57,252 nt of DNA from Verrucomicrobiota bacterium. Its GTDB lineage: Bacteria; Verrucomicrobiota; Verrucomicrobiia; Chthoniobacterales; UBA10450. The notes below the pieces were generated by a model that was given only the letters and a program-made list of their open reading frames with translations, was not told the origin of the DNA and ran no database searches. A program made the translations under genes and the position numbers. The stretch lies in contig JBKPRQ010000155.1 of assembly GCA_046734635.1 (NCBI GenBank), positions 1-57,252 of the forward strand, in the 5' to 3' direction. Positions within the stretch are counted from its first letter, which is position 1, and each line of letters starts with the position of its first letter. Of the stretch, positions 9,042 through 18,788 are shown piece after piece.

Positions 9042-10145
9042 TTACTCGGACCGCGATTCCGCCGGTAAGATCGGCAACTCCAGCTTCTCAGTGTGGCGAA
9101 TCACTGTGAGCGTGGCGCTCACGCCAATTTGTTCGCCGACCAAAACTTTGTGTAAATGATGCACGCTCCCGATTGGCTGATCGCCGAATGCAATAATCAG
9201 ATCACCTTCGCGCAATCCAGTACGCTCCGCAGGACTGTTCTTTTCGACTGAAACGACGAGGACAGCCGTCTCGAGAGGCAAACCATAAAATCGGATGATG
9301 CGGCGGTGAATTGGAACGTTTTGCCCAGCTACGCCGATGTAACCACGCCGGATTCGACCGTCGCGGATGAGCCATCCAGCAACTAACTTGGCTGTGTTAC
9401 TTGCGATGGCGAAACAGATGCCTTGAGCGGGTCGAATCATCGCTGTGTTTACGCCCACCACCTCGCCGGCTGAATTGACCAGTGGCCCACCGGAGTTGCC
9501 TGGGTTCAAGGCAGCGTCGGTCTGAATAATGTTATCAATCAATCGGCCCGATTGCGCGTGCATCGAGCGACCAAGTGCGCTGATCACGCCAGCGGTGACG
9601 CTCGCCTGGAAACCGAGCGGATTTCCAATCGCGACCACGAGTTGGCCTACACGCAAGCTCTCGGAGTCGGCGAGACGCACGTGAGTGAGTTGCGGCGCAT
9701 CGATGCGAATCACGGCCAGGTCAGTGTCCGGATCGTCGCCCGTCACTCGGGCCGGATATTCGCGCCCATCGGGCAAATTTACAGTGATGGAATTTGCCGC
9801 GTGAACGACGTGGCTGTTGGTCAGAATGAACCCGTCAGGCGCGATGATGAAACCCGACCCGTTGCCGCTGAGCTCGCGCGTTCCGCGCTGACCGTTGACG
9901 CGTTGCTTGACGTCGATGTTCACAACGGCTGGCGAAACACGCGCCACGGCACTCACGACAGTGCGCGAAAAGGCATCGAGCAAGGCCGAATCGTCCTGGC
10001 CCACTGCGGGGATATCGAGGTTCCTGCTCGCCCGTGATGGAGGAGGTTCCGTCTCATTTAAGACAAAATCCATCGAGACGGCGTTTTCCTTCGTAGGAGA
10101 TAAAATTGTCATACCCAAATTTCGGATGGCCAACCCATCAGTCAA
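9042..10145 (-). CDS. HtrA/DegP-family trypsin-like serine protease with PDZ domain
   Basis: Catalytic triad contexts LTNSHVV (His), DLAVIRI (Asp) and GNSGGPLVN (Ser), plus a C-terminal PDZ (GLREGDLIIAFGDQPI). The true start may be an internal Met. Confidence 0.85.
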   Translation of the reverse strand: MTDGLAIRNLGMTILSPTKENAVSMDFVLNETEPPPSRASRNLDIPAVGQDDSALLDAFSRTVVSAVARVSPAVVNIDVKQRVNGQRGTRELSGNGSGFIIAPDGFILTNSHVVHAANSITVNLPDGREYPARVTGDDPDTDLAVIRIDAPQLTHVRLADSESLRVGQLVVAIGNPLGFQASVTAGVISALGRSMHAQSGRLIDNIIQTDAALNPGNSGGPLVNSAGEVVGVNTAMIRPAQGICFAIASNTAKLVAGWLIRDGRIRRGYIGVAGQNVPIHRRIIRFYGLPLETAVLVVSVEKNSPAERTGLREGDLIIAFGDQPIGSVHHLHKVLVGEQIGVSATLTVIRHTEKLELPILPAESRSE

Positions 10146-10237
10146 CTACATATGATTTCAACCTATACATACCTTGCGGAGTGTTACTCTCTGCTTGCGC
10201 GTCAACGAGAATCGTTTTACACAGGAGCGTGCGAAAG

Positions 10238-10609
10238 GTGTCCTCCTCCGCTCCTTCCGTTCTGGATGCGCAGTGTCCCTCCCGCCTAGTGCTCGATCGA
10301 ATTGCCGATAAATGGACGGCACTCATCATCCAGATTCTGGCGCGCGGAACGATGCGTTATGCCGCGCTGCAGCGCGAAATCGGAGGCATTTCGCAAAAAA
10401 TGCTGACACAGACGTTGCGCACTCTCGAGCGCGACGGCCTGGTGCAACGCACTGTTCACCCCGTTGTGCCTCCGAAAGTGGAGTACTCTCTCACGAGATT
10501 AGGCCGAACCTTGATTGAACCGTTGCACGCACTTTGCCGCTGGTCTGAAAAACACCTCGCTGAGCTTCAGGCCAATCGCGCGCGGGCAAAGCAGGCGGCC
10601 GTGGAGTAA
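10238..10609 (+). CDS. HxlR-family winged-helix transcriptional regulator
   Basis: CPSRLVLDRIADKWTALIIQILARGTMRYAALQREIGGISQKMLTQTLRTLERDGLVQRTVHPVVPPKVEYSLT is the HxlR fold. The track ORF starts at 10106 and overlaps the htrA 5' end. I prefer GTG 10238, which lies 10 nt after AGGAG (10223-10227). Confidence 0.75.
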   Translation: MSSSAPSVLDAQCPSRLVLDRIADKWTALIIQILARGTMRYAALQREIGGISQKMLTQTLRTLERDGLVQRTVHPVVPPKVEYSLTRLGRTLIEPLHALCRWSEKHLAELQANRARAKQAAVE

Positions 10610-10674
10610 TGGAGTATCGGAGTGCTGGAGTAGTGAAATCTCATTACTCCATCACTCCACGACTCCAATGCTCC
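10603..10674. repeat. GGAGT-rich imperfect inverted repeat (34-nt arms, 4-nt loop)
   Basis: Left arm GGAGTAATGGAGTATCGGAGTGCTGGAGTAGTGA, loop aatc, right arm TCATTACTCCATCACTCCACGACTCCAATGCTCC. It spans the HxlR stop codon and the leader of the antiporter gene. Confidence 0.7.
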
Positions 10675-10685
10675 GGAATCTGATC

Positions 10686-12269
10686 ATGCATCAAGCGGAA
10701 ATCATTGTTCTTCTGTTCACGGTAGTCGCGGCTTCGGTGTTCATCGCCCGCAAGATGGCGCTGCCGTACCCGGTAGTGCTGGTGCTTGTTGGGTTGGTCT
10801 TGAGTTTCATTCCCCGTCTACCGGAGGTGAAACTGGATCCAAACATCGTTTTCTATTTCTTTTTGCCGCCACTGCTTTATCCAGCCGCCTTGTTCACTTC
10901 GTGGCGCGATTTTCGGCGAAATCTGCGGCCGATTGTTCTGCTCGCCATCGGCCTGGTGCTTTTCACGATGATCGTGGTCGCCTGCGTGGCGCACGCGATC
11001 ATTCCGTCTCTGCCGTGGGCGGCGGCGTTTGCCCTCGGTGCAATCGTTTCTCCTCCTGATGCGGTTGCGGCCACGAGTGTGATTCGCCGCCTCGCGGTGC
11101 CCCACCGGATCGTAAGCATCCTGGAAGGTGAAAGCTTGTTGAACGATGCGACAGCATTGGTGGCGTTACAATTCGCGGTGGCAGCGCTCGTGACGGGCAA
11201 ATTCTCAATTGGCCAGGCGTCGTTGCGTTTTGTCTGGGCTGCGGCCGGCGGAATTGGATTTGGCTTGCTCGTTGGTTTCGCGATTCGATGGGTGCATCGA
11301 CATCTCGACGATCCGCCGGTGCAAATCACTATTTCGTTGCTCACGCCGTTTCTCGCGTACCTGCCGGCGGAGCGCTTGCACGCTTCAGGTGTTCTGGCTG
11401 TTGTTGCCTCCGGAATTTATCTGGGCTGGCACTCGCCGTTGATTGTTACCGCACGCTATCGTCTGCAGGCGTTTGCCTTTTGGGAAATCGTCGTATTCCT
11501 TCTGAACGGTTTCGTTTTTACGGCTATCGGTCTGCAACTGCCGGCAATCCTTCGGTCGCTCAGAGGCGAGTCTCTTCTTTCGCCAATTGAAAACGCGCTT
11601 CTCGTGAGCGCCGCGGTGGTGCTGGTGCGGATCGCGTGGGTTTTTCCCGGTGCATATCTACCTTTTCTGCTGAACAAGGAACTCCGGGTACGCGAGCCTC
11701 TGCCCGAGTGGCAAAATGTGCTGATCATGGCCTGGTCGGGAATGCGCGGCGTGGTCTCGCTGGCGGCAGCGTTTGCGCTTCCCTACATCTTGCCGGACGG
11801 CAGCCCGTTCCCAGGAAGAAATTACATTTTGTTTCTGACTTTCTCTGTGATTTTGGTGACGCTGTTATTCCAGGGCCTGACGCTACCGATCGTAATCCGG
11901 AAACTTTGCATCAAAGCCGATGATTCAACGGACGAAGAAGAACGAACGGCACGGTTAAAAGCCAACAAGGCGGCAATCGAATTGATCGAAAAGGTTCGTG
12001 CCAACGGCGAGTTTTCGCCCGATACCGTGGATCGCTTACGTGCTGAGTACGACGAACGCCTGGAACAATTACAACTTTGCGCCGAGAACCCCGACGATTG
12101 TCGCGGCGAAATCGCCACGCCGCAATATCAGCGTTTGCAACGCGAAGCGCTGAGTGTTGAAAGGCAGACGATCATCCGTTTGCGAAACGAACGGGTGATC
12201 AATGACGACGCGTTGCGACGGATTCAGCGCGACCTCGATCTGGCCGAAGCGCGCCTGACAGGAAGCTGA
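10686..12269 (+). CDS. Na+/H+ antiporter (CPA1 / NhaP-type) with C-terminal cytoplasmic coiled-coil tail
   Basis: MHQAEIIVLLFTVVAASVFIARKMALPYPVVLVLVGL..., 11-12 TM segments, ESLLNDATALV and WSGMRGVVSLAAA motifs. The track start at 10515 translates the upstream repeat, so I prefer ATG 10686 (or 10668). Confidence 0.85.
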   Translation: MHQAEIIVLLFTVVAASVFIARKMALPYPVVLVLVGLVLSFIPRLPEVKLDPNIVFYFFLPPLLYPAALFTSWRDFRRNLRPIVLLAIGLVLFTMIVVACVAHAIIPSLPWAAAFALGAIVSPPDAVAATSVIRRLAVPHRIVSILEGESLLNDATALVALQFAVAALVTGKFSIGQASLRFVWAAAGGIGFGLLVGFAIRWVHRHLDDPPVQITISLLTPFLAYLPAERLHASGVLAVVASGIYLGWHSPLIVTARYRLQAFAFWEIVVFLLNGFVFTAIGLQLPAILRSLRGESLLSPIENALLVSAAVVLVRIAWVFPGAYLPFLLNKELRVREPLPEWQNVLIMAWSGMRGVVSLAAAFALPYILPDGSPFPGRNYILFLTFSVILVTLLFQGLTLPIVIRKLCIKADDSTDEEERTARLKANKAAIELIEKVRANGEFSPDTVDRLRAEYDERLEQLQLCAENPDDCRGEIATPQYQRLQREALSVERQTIIRLRNERVINDDALRRIQRDLDLAEARLTGS

Positions 12270-12277
12270 AAGTAGAG

Positions 12278-13168
12278 TTACGAAAAACCGTATCGTGCGG
12301 GCCAATCTCTGGCTGGCCCGCCGAGCCGCGCTGCGCAGGTCTTCAGTTCCTTCTTGAAGAACTTGGCGAGATGCGATCGTACACTATTTGTAAGGGGAAG
12401 CTTTTCCATCTTGGTCCAACTGTTGTAATCCGCCGGCAATCGGCTACTGGGCTTGTCTGGATCAGCGCCCAGGAAACGAACAATCGAGCGGCGCAATTCA
12501 GCCGGATTGCTTTGCAGGTCGTCAAAGAAATAAACGCGAAACTGCTCTGGACGGACATGACGTTTCCATCGCGCGACGACAGCACTCGGATACGAACGCA
12601 AGAGCATTCCCCGACGGAGCAAATTCCGATCGAGTTCGTCGATATTCGTTGGGTCAAACGCCTCGATCTGTCGGTAATGCACTTCCATCGACAAATGCGA
12701 CCAGACTCGCTCAACTGGATCGCGCGCCAGAAAGATCACCTTTAAGTTTGGGAAGTATCCGACGATCTGCCTGATGATTTCATCATTCAGCGTTGAGTAA
12801 TTTGGCGAGATATCGCCTGAAAGAAGCGATGCCTTGGGCTCAAACAATCTGCCGTAATTCTCGAGGTCGATACCCGGTTCAGCGCTAAGTTTCTTGAGCC
12901 CTTCCAGAAATCGAAGGTCGCGCTCGTCTCTGCGGCGCGGACCACCTCCCCGTTGAACTCTGCTCAGTTGATCGAAGTAATGCAATTCCTTTACCGGAGG
13001 CATCCAGAAATCCGGGTGCGAATCGAGCTGCTGATAAAGCCAGGTTGTTCCTGCCTTGTGAGCGCCGACGCACAAAAAATCAGGCCGCGCATTGCTCGCA
13101 GGAGCTTCGTTTCTGTCCTTATACCTGCCGTCGGTGCGCCGCGTCTTGAATGGCCAATCCCATTTCAC
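12278..13168 (-). CDS. Sulfotransferase family protein (paralogue 1)
   Basis: PAPS-binding 5'-PSB-like motif FLCVGAHKAGTTWLYQQL and 3'-PB-like VIFLARDPVERVWS; 296 aa. Confidence 0.8.
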   Translation of the reverse strand: MKWDWPFKTRRTDGRYKDRNEAPASNARPDFLCVGAHKAGTTWLYQQLDSHPDFWMPPVKELHYFDQLSRVQRGGGPRRRDERDLRFLEGLKKLSAEPGIDLENYGRLFEPKASLLSGDISPNYSTLNDEIIRQIVGYFPNLKVIFLARDPVERVWSHLSMEVHYRQIEAFDPTNIDELDRNLLRRGMLLRSYPSAVVARWKRHVRPEQFRVYFFDDLQSNPAELRRSIVRFLGADPDKPSSRLPADYNSWTKMEKLPLTNSVRSHLAKFFKKELKTCAARLGGPARDWPARYGFS

Positions 13169-13254
13169 GTCTCATTGTTTCCTCTTTGGAATTCATGGTA
13201 AGCGCACCGCGTTGCAATGCATCCCAGCGGTGACCGCAGCGCGCCGTCGCTACG

Positions 13255-14271
13255 TCAGGCGACCCAATCAACCCAGAAAAAGATATCCAAGTCATCCATC
13301 AGCTGCACAGCAAGAACGAGCAACGAAAAACCATATCGCGCAGGCCAGTGTTTCGCCGGGCCGCCGAGTTCTTCGGCGCAGGCTTTCAATTCCTGTTCAA
13401 AAAACTGTGCGACCCGTGATCTTACCTTATCGGTAAGTTGAAGCTTTTCCTTTCCGGCATCCCAGTTCTGCTCTGCCGTGCATCGACCGCTTGGTTTGTC
13501 CGGGTCTGCGCCTAGAAACAGGAGGATCGAACGACGTAGATCCGCCGGATTCTTTTTCAAATCATCGAAGAAATAGATGCGGAAGAGCGCTGGACGAACG
13601 TAGCGTTTCCAGCGCGCGACGATTTGACTGGGATACGACCGCAGGAACACTCCGGGGTTCAGTAAATTTCGTATTACCGCATCTGCATCGGTAGCATCGA
13701 AAGGGCCGATATTTCCCAGGCGTACGCCCATTGAAAGCTGCGACCACGCTCTCTCAACAGGATCACGGGCCAAAAAAATCACTTTCAAATTAGGAAAACG
13801 AACCACGATCTGTTCGATAATCTCATCACTCAGCATGGAGTAAGCTGGCGTGATGTCACCGGAAAGGAGCGCGCCCTTGGATTCGAACAGCCGCGAATAG
13901 GCGTCTAAGTCAATATGTGACTGCGTACCGAGCGCCGTCATTTTCTGCAGAAAGCACTGATCGCGCGCGTCCTTGCAACGGGGAGGGCTGCCCCGCTTGA
14001 CCTTGCTCAGCGCGTCGAAGTAATGCAGTTCCTTTACGGGAGGCATCCAGAAATCCGCGTGCCAGCTCAGTTGATAATAAAGCCACGAGGTCCCACCTTT
14101 CTGAGCTCCGACGCATAAGAAATCAGGGTGCGGATCGCAATTTGCATGGCCACCGTTTAAGTTAATGTGGTCGTTACCGACGCGAGATTTGAATGGCAAG
14201 GGCAGGGACACGGGCGCATTATTTTCCATTGCCCGGTCAAAAGGCAAGACCGGAACACCGGGCAGGCTCAC
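13255..14271 (-). CDS. Sulfotransferase family protein (paralogue 2)
   Basis: FLCVGAQKGGTSWLYYQL and VIFLARDPVERAWS. It is collinear and highly similar to 12278-13168 over the whole catalytic domain. It has extra N-terminal residues and a roughly 22-aa C-terminal tail after the shared ...WPARYGFS end. Confidence 0.8.
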   Translation of the reverse strand: MSLPGVPVLPFDRAMENNAPVSLPLPFKSRVGNDHINLNGGHANCDPHPDFLCVGAQKGGTSWLYYQLSWHADFWMPPVKELHYFDALSKVKRGSPPRCKDARDQCFLQKMTALGTQSHIDLDAYSRLFESKGALLSGDITPAYSMLSDEIIEQIVVRFPNLKVIFLARDPVERAWSQLSMGVRLGNIGPFDATDADAVIRNLLNPGVFLRSYPSQIVARWKRYVRPALFRIYFFDDLKKNPADLRRSILLFLGADPDKPSGRCTAEQNWDAGKEKLQLTDKVRSRVAQFFEQELKACAEELGGPAKHWPARYGFSLLVLAVQLMDDLDIFFWVDWVA

Positions 14272-14339
14272 ATTCGTTAACTACAAGGCGCGGCTCGATC
14301 TCCTTGCGTCGGCCACTTGTATCGGAAAATTAACAACTA

Positions 14340-14981
14340 ATGAATAACACCGCGCGTCACCGCATTTTCCTGCTCTCGCCGGCTTACGCGGGCGGTCAAC
14401 GAGCGAGAATGATTCTGAGCGACCGCGCGGAATTCGAACTCGCGCGAAAATTGCGCGACAAACAGGGCGCACCAATCGCCGAGGTGTTCACCTTTCTCAG
14501 CGGCCTCTACTTTCGCGGCAAGATCGCATATGCGACTAGATTTGCGCTGCCCCCGCCCGGCATTCCCGGCGTTTTTGTGATCACGCCCACTCGAGGTCTT
14601 GTCGATGCCGGGACACGAATTCGCCTCGATGACCTGCGTGAGTTCGCTACGGTCGACATCCATAAGGACGATCCGCGTTATCGAGCGCCACTTGAGCGAG
14701 ACGCGCGTGTTCTCACAAAAACATTGCCGTTTCAGAGCGAGATCATCCTTCTCGGCAGCATTGCCACAGGAAAATATGTCAATGTTCTAGTCGCGACGTT
14801 TGGCGATCGCCTCCGATTTCCTGTGGAATTCGTTGGTCGCGGGGACATGAGCCGCGGCGGATTGATGTTACGCTGTGCCGTAGATCGGCAGGAGCTCTCG
14901 TACATTCCAATGACGGGCGCGATTGTTAATGGAAAACGCCCGCCCAAGCTCGCACCGCGGAGATATCAGTCCGCATCGTGA
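14340..14981 (+). CDS. Conserved-looking hypothetical protein (no family recognised)
   Basis: 213-aa ORF with compositionally normal sequence and distinctive strings (IFLLSPAYAGGQRARMIL, LSGLYFRGKIAYA, ILLGSIATGKYV, FVGRGDMSRGGLMLR). It is divergent from the sulfotransferase pair. Confidence 0.6.
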   Translation: MNNTARHRIFLLSPAYAGGQRARMILSDRAEFELARKLRDKQGAPIAEVFTFLSGLYFRGKIAYATRFALPPPGIPGVFVITPTRGLVDAGTRIRLDDLREFATVDIHKDDPRYRAPLERDARVLTKTLPFQSEIILLGSIATGKYVNVLVATFGDRLRFPVEFVGRGDMSRGGLMLRCAVDRQELSYIPMTGAIVNGKRPPKLAPRRYQSAS

Positions 14982-15068
14982 TTGCTATTTATTTGTTTTG
15001 CGTCGCAGGCTGGTGTTGCCTTATCTTAAAGTTGCTGCTGTTTCGGCGGCAAAAATTTTCTGGATGAT

Positions 15069-15521
15069 ATGGATGTCAGCGGCACGATCGGCGCAATTTT
15101 GAAGCAGAAAAGCAAAGACATTTTTTCCATCCGCTCCGACGCAACGGTTTCTGAAGCCATCCAAATGATGGACGAAAAAAATGTCGGCGCGCTGTTGGTG
15201 ATGGATGGGGATCAATTGACTGGGGTCATTTCGGAGCGCGATTACACCCGCAAGGTTTTCCTTCGCGGCAAACGCTCCCGGGAAACCAAAGTTTCCGAGA
15301 TCATGTCCACTAATGTGACCGTTACGCATCCGCGCGAACCGGTGGAGACGTGTCTGCGGCTGATGACCGATAAACACATTCGGCATCTGCCCGTGGTCGA
15401 AGCTGATCAAGTGGTGGGTGTGATCTCGATCGGCGACCTGGTCAAGCACGTCATTTCCTGCCAGCAGGCCGCAATCGCACACTTGGAAAACTACATCCAC
15501 GGCGGATACGCCGAGGGATAA
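15069..15521 (+). CDS. CBS domain pair protein
   Basis: 150 aa with two CBS repeats (VSEAIQMMDEKNVGALLVMD...LTGVISERD; VETCLRLMTDKHIRHLPVVE...VVGVISIGD). Confidence 0.85.
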   Translation: MDVSGTIGAILKQKSKDIFSIRSDATVSEAIQMMDEKNVGALLVMDGDQLTGVISERDYTRKVFLRGKRSRETKVSEIMSTNVTVTHPREPVETCLRLMTDKHIRHLPVVEADQVVGVISIGDLVKHVISCQQAAIAHLENYIHGGYAEG

Positions 15522-15524
15522 ATT

Positions 15525-15589
15525 CTGTAGCGGCGCTCTGTGAGCGCCCGGGCCAACATATCTTCCGCGGTCATAGACCGCCGCTACAG
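15525..15589. repeat. Double-hairpin palindromic element, copy 2 (opposite orientation to copy 1)
   Basis: CTGTAG-CGGCGCTC-TGT-GAGCGCC ... GCGGTC-ATA-GACCGC-CGCTACAG. It fills the convergent CBS/pyrC junction, and its terminal CTA is the pyrC stop (TAG on the minus strand). Confidence 0.85.
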
Positions 15590-16888
15590 TTTCCAAACTG
15601 TCTTACCGCCGACGATTGTTCGCACAGCGCGACCTTTCAATTTCCAGCCGTCAAAAGGCGAATTACGCGACACCGATTGAAATTGGTCGACATTGACGGT
15701 CCACTCCAAATCCGGATCGATTAGGGTGACATCGGCGTGGGTACCAGGTGACAGGGTGCCGGCGTCAAGCCTCAGCAATCGCGCGGGCTCGACGGTGTAC
15801 ATCTCGATCAAACGCGCGATATCGATCTTAGCGTATTTGTGCACGAGCAGATTGATAAAAAGACCGAGCTCGGTTTCCAACCCAATGATACCGAATGGCG
15901 CGACGTCGAACTCAACTTCCTTTTCGAAATTCGCGTGCGGCGCATGATCAGAACACAGAATCGATAAGGTTCCATCGGCGATGCCCTCCAGCAGCGCATC
16001 GACGTCTGTTTGCGAGCGTAACGGCGGGTTCACCTTGTAGTTCGTGTCGAAATTTTGAACCGCTTCGTCGGTTAAAGCGATGTGATGCGGACAAACCTCG
16101 CCGCTGATTTTTACGCCGCGCGCCCTGGCTTGGCGCAGCAGGCGAACACTTCCAGCTGTTGTGACGTGCTGACAATGAATCGGCTGATCACAAAGTTCGG
16201 CGAGCAAAATGTTGCGCATGACTATCGCTTCTTCGCCTGCCGCGGGCCAGCCCGGTAGACCGAGGAGCGTGCTCCAGTAACCCTCGTGCACGACTCCGTT
16301 GCCGGCCAGATTGTAATCCTGGCAATGATCCAGCACTGGCACACCAACCATGCGCGCATATTCGACGGCGCGCCGCATCACTTCATGGTTTTGAATGCAA
16401 TGGCCGTCATCTGTGATCGCCACAACCCCAGCCTGTGCAAGCGAGCCGATCGGCGCGAGTTCTTCGCCCGCGAGATTTTTTGAAATTGCGCCCGTTGGCA
16501 AAACATTCACGCGCGCGAGAGCGGAGGCACGATCTTTGATCCACGCGATCGTGCTTGGATTATCCGGGACTGGCGAAGTGTTTGGCATGCAAACGACAGT
16601 GGTGAATCCACCGGCCGCTGCCGCGCGCGCACCCGATTCAATCGTTTCTTTATGGCTAAATCCGGGCTCGCGCAGATGAACGTGCATGTCGATCAAACCC
16701 GGCGCGACGATCAAACCTTTCGCGTCGATCTCTTCAGTTTCGGATTTCCCGCCGCGGCGGGTAAACTCCTTTCCGATTTCGGATTTAGACGCGACAATTT
16801 TTCCATCAGCGATGTAAAGGTCGGCAATTTCATCTCGTTTGTTTGCAGGATCGATCACGCGACCGTTTCGAATGATTGTCGTGCTCAC
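15584..16888 (-). CDS. pyrC: Dihydroorotase
   Basis: [10 protein letters not shown]..., [13 protein letters not shown], and an amidohydrolase core with ...DHAPH.... The track ORF extends to 17038 through an Arg-rich region inside pyrB. GTG at 16888 overlaps the pyrB TGA stop (GTGA), giving a normal 434-aa PyrC. Confidence 0.9.
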   Translation of the reverse strand: MSTTIIRNGRVIDPANKRDEIADLYIADGKIVASKSEIGKEFTRRGGKSETEEIDAKGLIVAPGLIDMHVHLREPGFSHKETIESGARAAAAGGFTTVVCMPNTSPVPDNPSTIAWIKDRASALARVNVLPTGAISKNLAGEELAPIGSLAQAGVVAITDDGHCIQNHEVMRRAVEYARMVGVPVLDHCQDYNLAGNGVVHEGYWSTLLGLPGWPAAGEEAIVMRNILLAELCDQPIHCQHVTTAGSVRLLRQARARGVKISGEVCPHHIALTDEAVQNFDTNYKVNPPLRSQTDVDALLEGIADGTLSILCSDHAPHANFEKEVEFDVAPFGIIGLETELGLFINLLVHKYAKIDIARLIEMYTVEPARLLRLDAGTLSPGTHADVTLIDPDLEWTVNVDQFQSVSRNSPFDGWKLKGRAVRTIVGGKTVWKL

Positions 16889-17814
16889 GCCGAGATCCCT
16901 CCGCACAGATAGAGAACGGCCATTCGCACAGCGAGACCGTTGGTGACCTGATCGAGAATGACGCTCTGCAACCCATCGGCGACCTCGCTGTCGATCTCGA
17001 CACCGCGATTGATGGGGCCGGGATGCATGATCAGGCAATCCGGCTTCAAAAGTTTTGCGCGTTCTTTGGTCAGACCGAAAAAGCGAATGTATTCGCCGAG
17101 TCCGGGAAAATATTCCCTGCGCTGGCGTTCGTGCTGAATGCGCAACAGGTTCACGACATCGGCTTTGGGCAGTATCTCATCGATCTTGTAAGAAACTTCG
17201 ACGCCGAGTTTTTCAAGTTCTCGGGGAACCAGTGTGCTCGGGCCGACCAGGGTGACGTGCGCGCCGAGTTTAAGCAGGCCGAAAATGTTCGAGCGCGCCA
17301 CGCGACTAAACAAAATGTCGCCGACGATGGCCACGCGCAGTCCGGCGATTTTCCCTCTGCGCTCGCGGATCGTATAAAGATCGAGGAGCGCCTGAGTCGG
17401 ATGTTCGTGTGCGCCATCGCCGGCGTTGATCACGCTCGCCTTAAGCCTGCTTGCCAGAAACTGCGGTGCGCCAGCTGAGCTATGACGAAGGACGAGAATA
17501 TCGGCATGCAACGCCTCCAGGTTGCGCGCGGTATCCTTGAGCGTTTCGCCTTTGGTCAGACTGGAAGTAGTTGCTGAGATATTGATTACGTCCGCGCTCA
17601 ACCGAAGTGCGGCCAGCTCAAAAGAGGTGCGCGTTCGTGTGCTCGGCTCGACAAAGAAATTTATCAATGTCTTTCCTCGCAGAGACGGCACTTTTTTGAT
17701 CTCACGAGTGCCGACTTGTTTAAATGCGTCGGCAGTTTCGAGAATGAAATTGATTTCGTCTGCCGATAATTCGCGCAGGCCTAACAAATCTTTTCGTGTC
17801 CAGCGCGTGGTCAT
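16885..17814 (-). CDS. pyrB: Aspartate carbamoyltransferase catalytic subunit
   Basis: [18 protein letters not shown] and HPTQALLD, plus a C-terminal HPGP; 309 aa. Confidence 0.95.
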   Translation of the reverse strand: MTTRWTRKDLLGLRELSADEINFILETADAFKQVGTREIKKVPSLRGKTLINFFVEPSTRTRTSFELAALRLSADVINISATTSSLTKGETLKDTARNLEALHADILVLRHSSAGAPQFLASRLKASVINAGDGAHEHPTQALLDLYTIRERRGKIAGLRVAIVGDILFSRVARSNIFGLLKLGAHVTLVGPSTLVPRELEKLGVEVSYKIDEILPKADVVNLLRIQHERQRREYFPGLGEYIRFFGLTKERAKLLKPDCLIMHPGPINRGVEIDSEVADGLQSVILDQVTNGLAVRMAVLYLCGGISA

Positions 17815-17833
17815 GGTGCGGTGAATACGGTCA

Positions 17834-18415
17834 TTACTTTTCCAAGACTACCTCGTCGGGCTCGTGGTCGGTTTGTTGAAGCCGCACGCGCACCTTCTCA
17901 CCGCCCGACGTCGGCAGATTCTTGCCAACGTAGTCGGGACGAATGGGTAGCTCGCGATGACCGCGGTCGATCAGTACGGCAAGCTGAATTCGCGCGGGCC
18001 GTCCGAATGAATTGATGGCATCCATCGCGGCGCGCGCGGTCCGCCCGGTATAAAAAACGTCATCAACAATAATGATGGTGCGTTCCTCCAGCGGCAGCGG
18101 AAGATTCGATTCGCGTACAATCGGCAAATCAGGACGCGTTCCCACGTCATCGCGATGCATCGCTACATCGATAACGCCGGTCTCAATGTTGAACTTCTCG
18201 ATCCCGCGAATGAAAGCGGCGATGCGCTGGGCGATCTCCACTCCGCGCGATGGAATTCCCGCCAGCGCGACGTGCGTCAGTTGTGGATTTCGCTCAATGA
18301 TTTCGTGCGCAATTCTTTGAAGCGCTCGACGAATTGCCTCCGCGTCCATGATTGGGACGGCGGCGCCAGATATCTTTTGTTTTGGTTGTTTCATCAGTTT
18401 CCTTGGCGACCTCAC
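17834..18415 (-). CDS. pyrR: Bifunctional pyrimidine operon regulator / uracil phosphoribosyltransferase PyrR
   Basis: [21 protein letters not shown]..., the PRPP loop [17 protein letters not shown], and [22 protein letters not shown]. This is near-collinear with B. subtilis PyrR as I recall it. The start may be the internal Met at 18394. Confidence 0.9.
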   Translation of the reverse strand: MRSPRKLMKQPKQKISGAAVPIMDAEAIRRALQRIAHEIIERNPQLTHVALAGIPSRGVEIAQRIAAFIRGIEKFNIETGVIDVAMHRDDVGTRPDLPIVRESNLPLPLEERTIIIVDDVFYTGRTARAAMDAINSFGRPARIQLAVLIDRGHRELPIRPDYVGKNLPTSGGEKVRVRLQQTDHEPDEVVLEK

Positions 18416-18441
18416 AGGATCGCATTAAAGGAACAAAAAAA

Positions 18442-18687
18442 TTAGGAGGCGGACTTTTCGGTGCGCGCCTCCTTTCTTCGTCGCTCTCGCCAGTTGGAGC
18501 GATATTTCACGATCCAATCGAGCAACGCCTTTTCGAAGCCGATATCTTTCCCGGCTTTTTCGCTTTCGATCCATTTGTGTTTCAGGATCTCGGCACGTTC
18601 TGCGAGAAACTCCTTGTACAGGACCGAATTCTTAACGAATTGAGATTGAGCCTCCTCTGAAGATGGCATCTCAGAATCCTCTTTCAT
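18442..18687 (-). CDS. Small conserved-looking protein (hypothetical)
   Basis: 81 aa with EILKHKWIESEKAGKDIGFEKALLDWI, a motif I recall from small bacterial proteins of unknown function. It lies between the mrp-like gene and pyrR on the same strand. Confidence 0.6.
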   Translation of the reverse strand: MKEDSEMPSSEEAQSQFVKNSVLYKEFLAERAEILKHKWIESEKAGKDIGFEKALLDWIVKYRSNWRERRRKEARTEKSAS

Positions 18688-18788
18688 ACAATTGGGGCAG
18701 AGTCAACAAAATCGACGCGATCGAATCTGACGTGGTAATCACCCTATTTATTTAACTCTCGCTTCTCAGTACGGTTGTGGACGCCTTA

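Noticed and set aside
10515-10685. N-terminal extension of the Na+/H+ antiporter ORF.
   Set aside because: It overlaps the 3' end of the HxlR gene in another frame and translates the GGAGT-rich inverted repeat. The hydrophobic TM1 begins right after Met 10686.
15021-15596. 191-aa minus-strand ORF ([24 protein letters not shown]...).
   Set aside because: It starts inside the palindromic element and then runs antisense through the well-supported CBS-domain gene. Its composition is that of an off-frame read.
16889-17038. 50-codon Arg-rich N-terminal extension of pyrC overlapping the pyrB 3' end.
   Set aside because: GTG 16888 forms a GTGA overlap with the pyrB stop and yields a canonical PyrC N-terminus ([14 protein letters not shown]). 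The extension has no homology-like features.
17815-18788. Searched for PyrR-binding anti-antiterminator hairpins (ARUCCAGAGAGGYU-like) upstream of pyrR and pyrB.
   Set aside because: The intergenic gaps are only 19-26 nt (pyrR-pyrB, small ORF-pyrR). The 100-nt region upstream of the small ORF has no convincing match, so there is no evidence for attenuation here.
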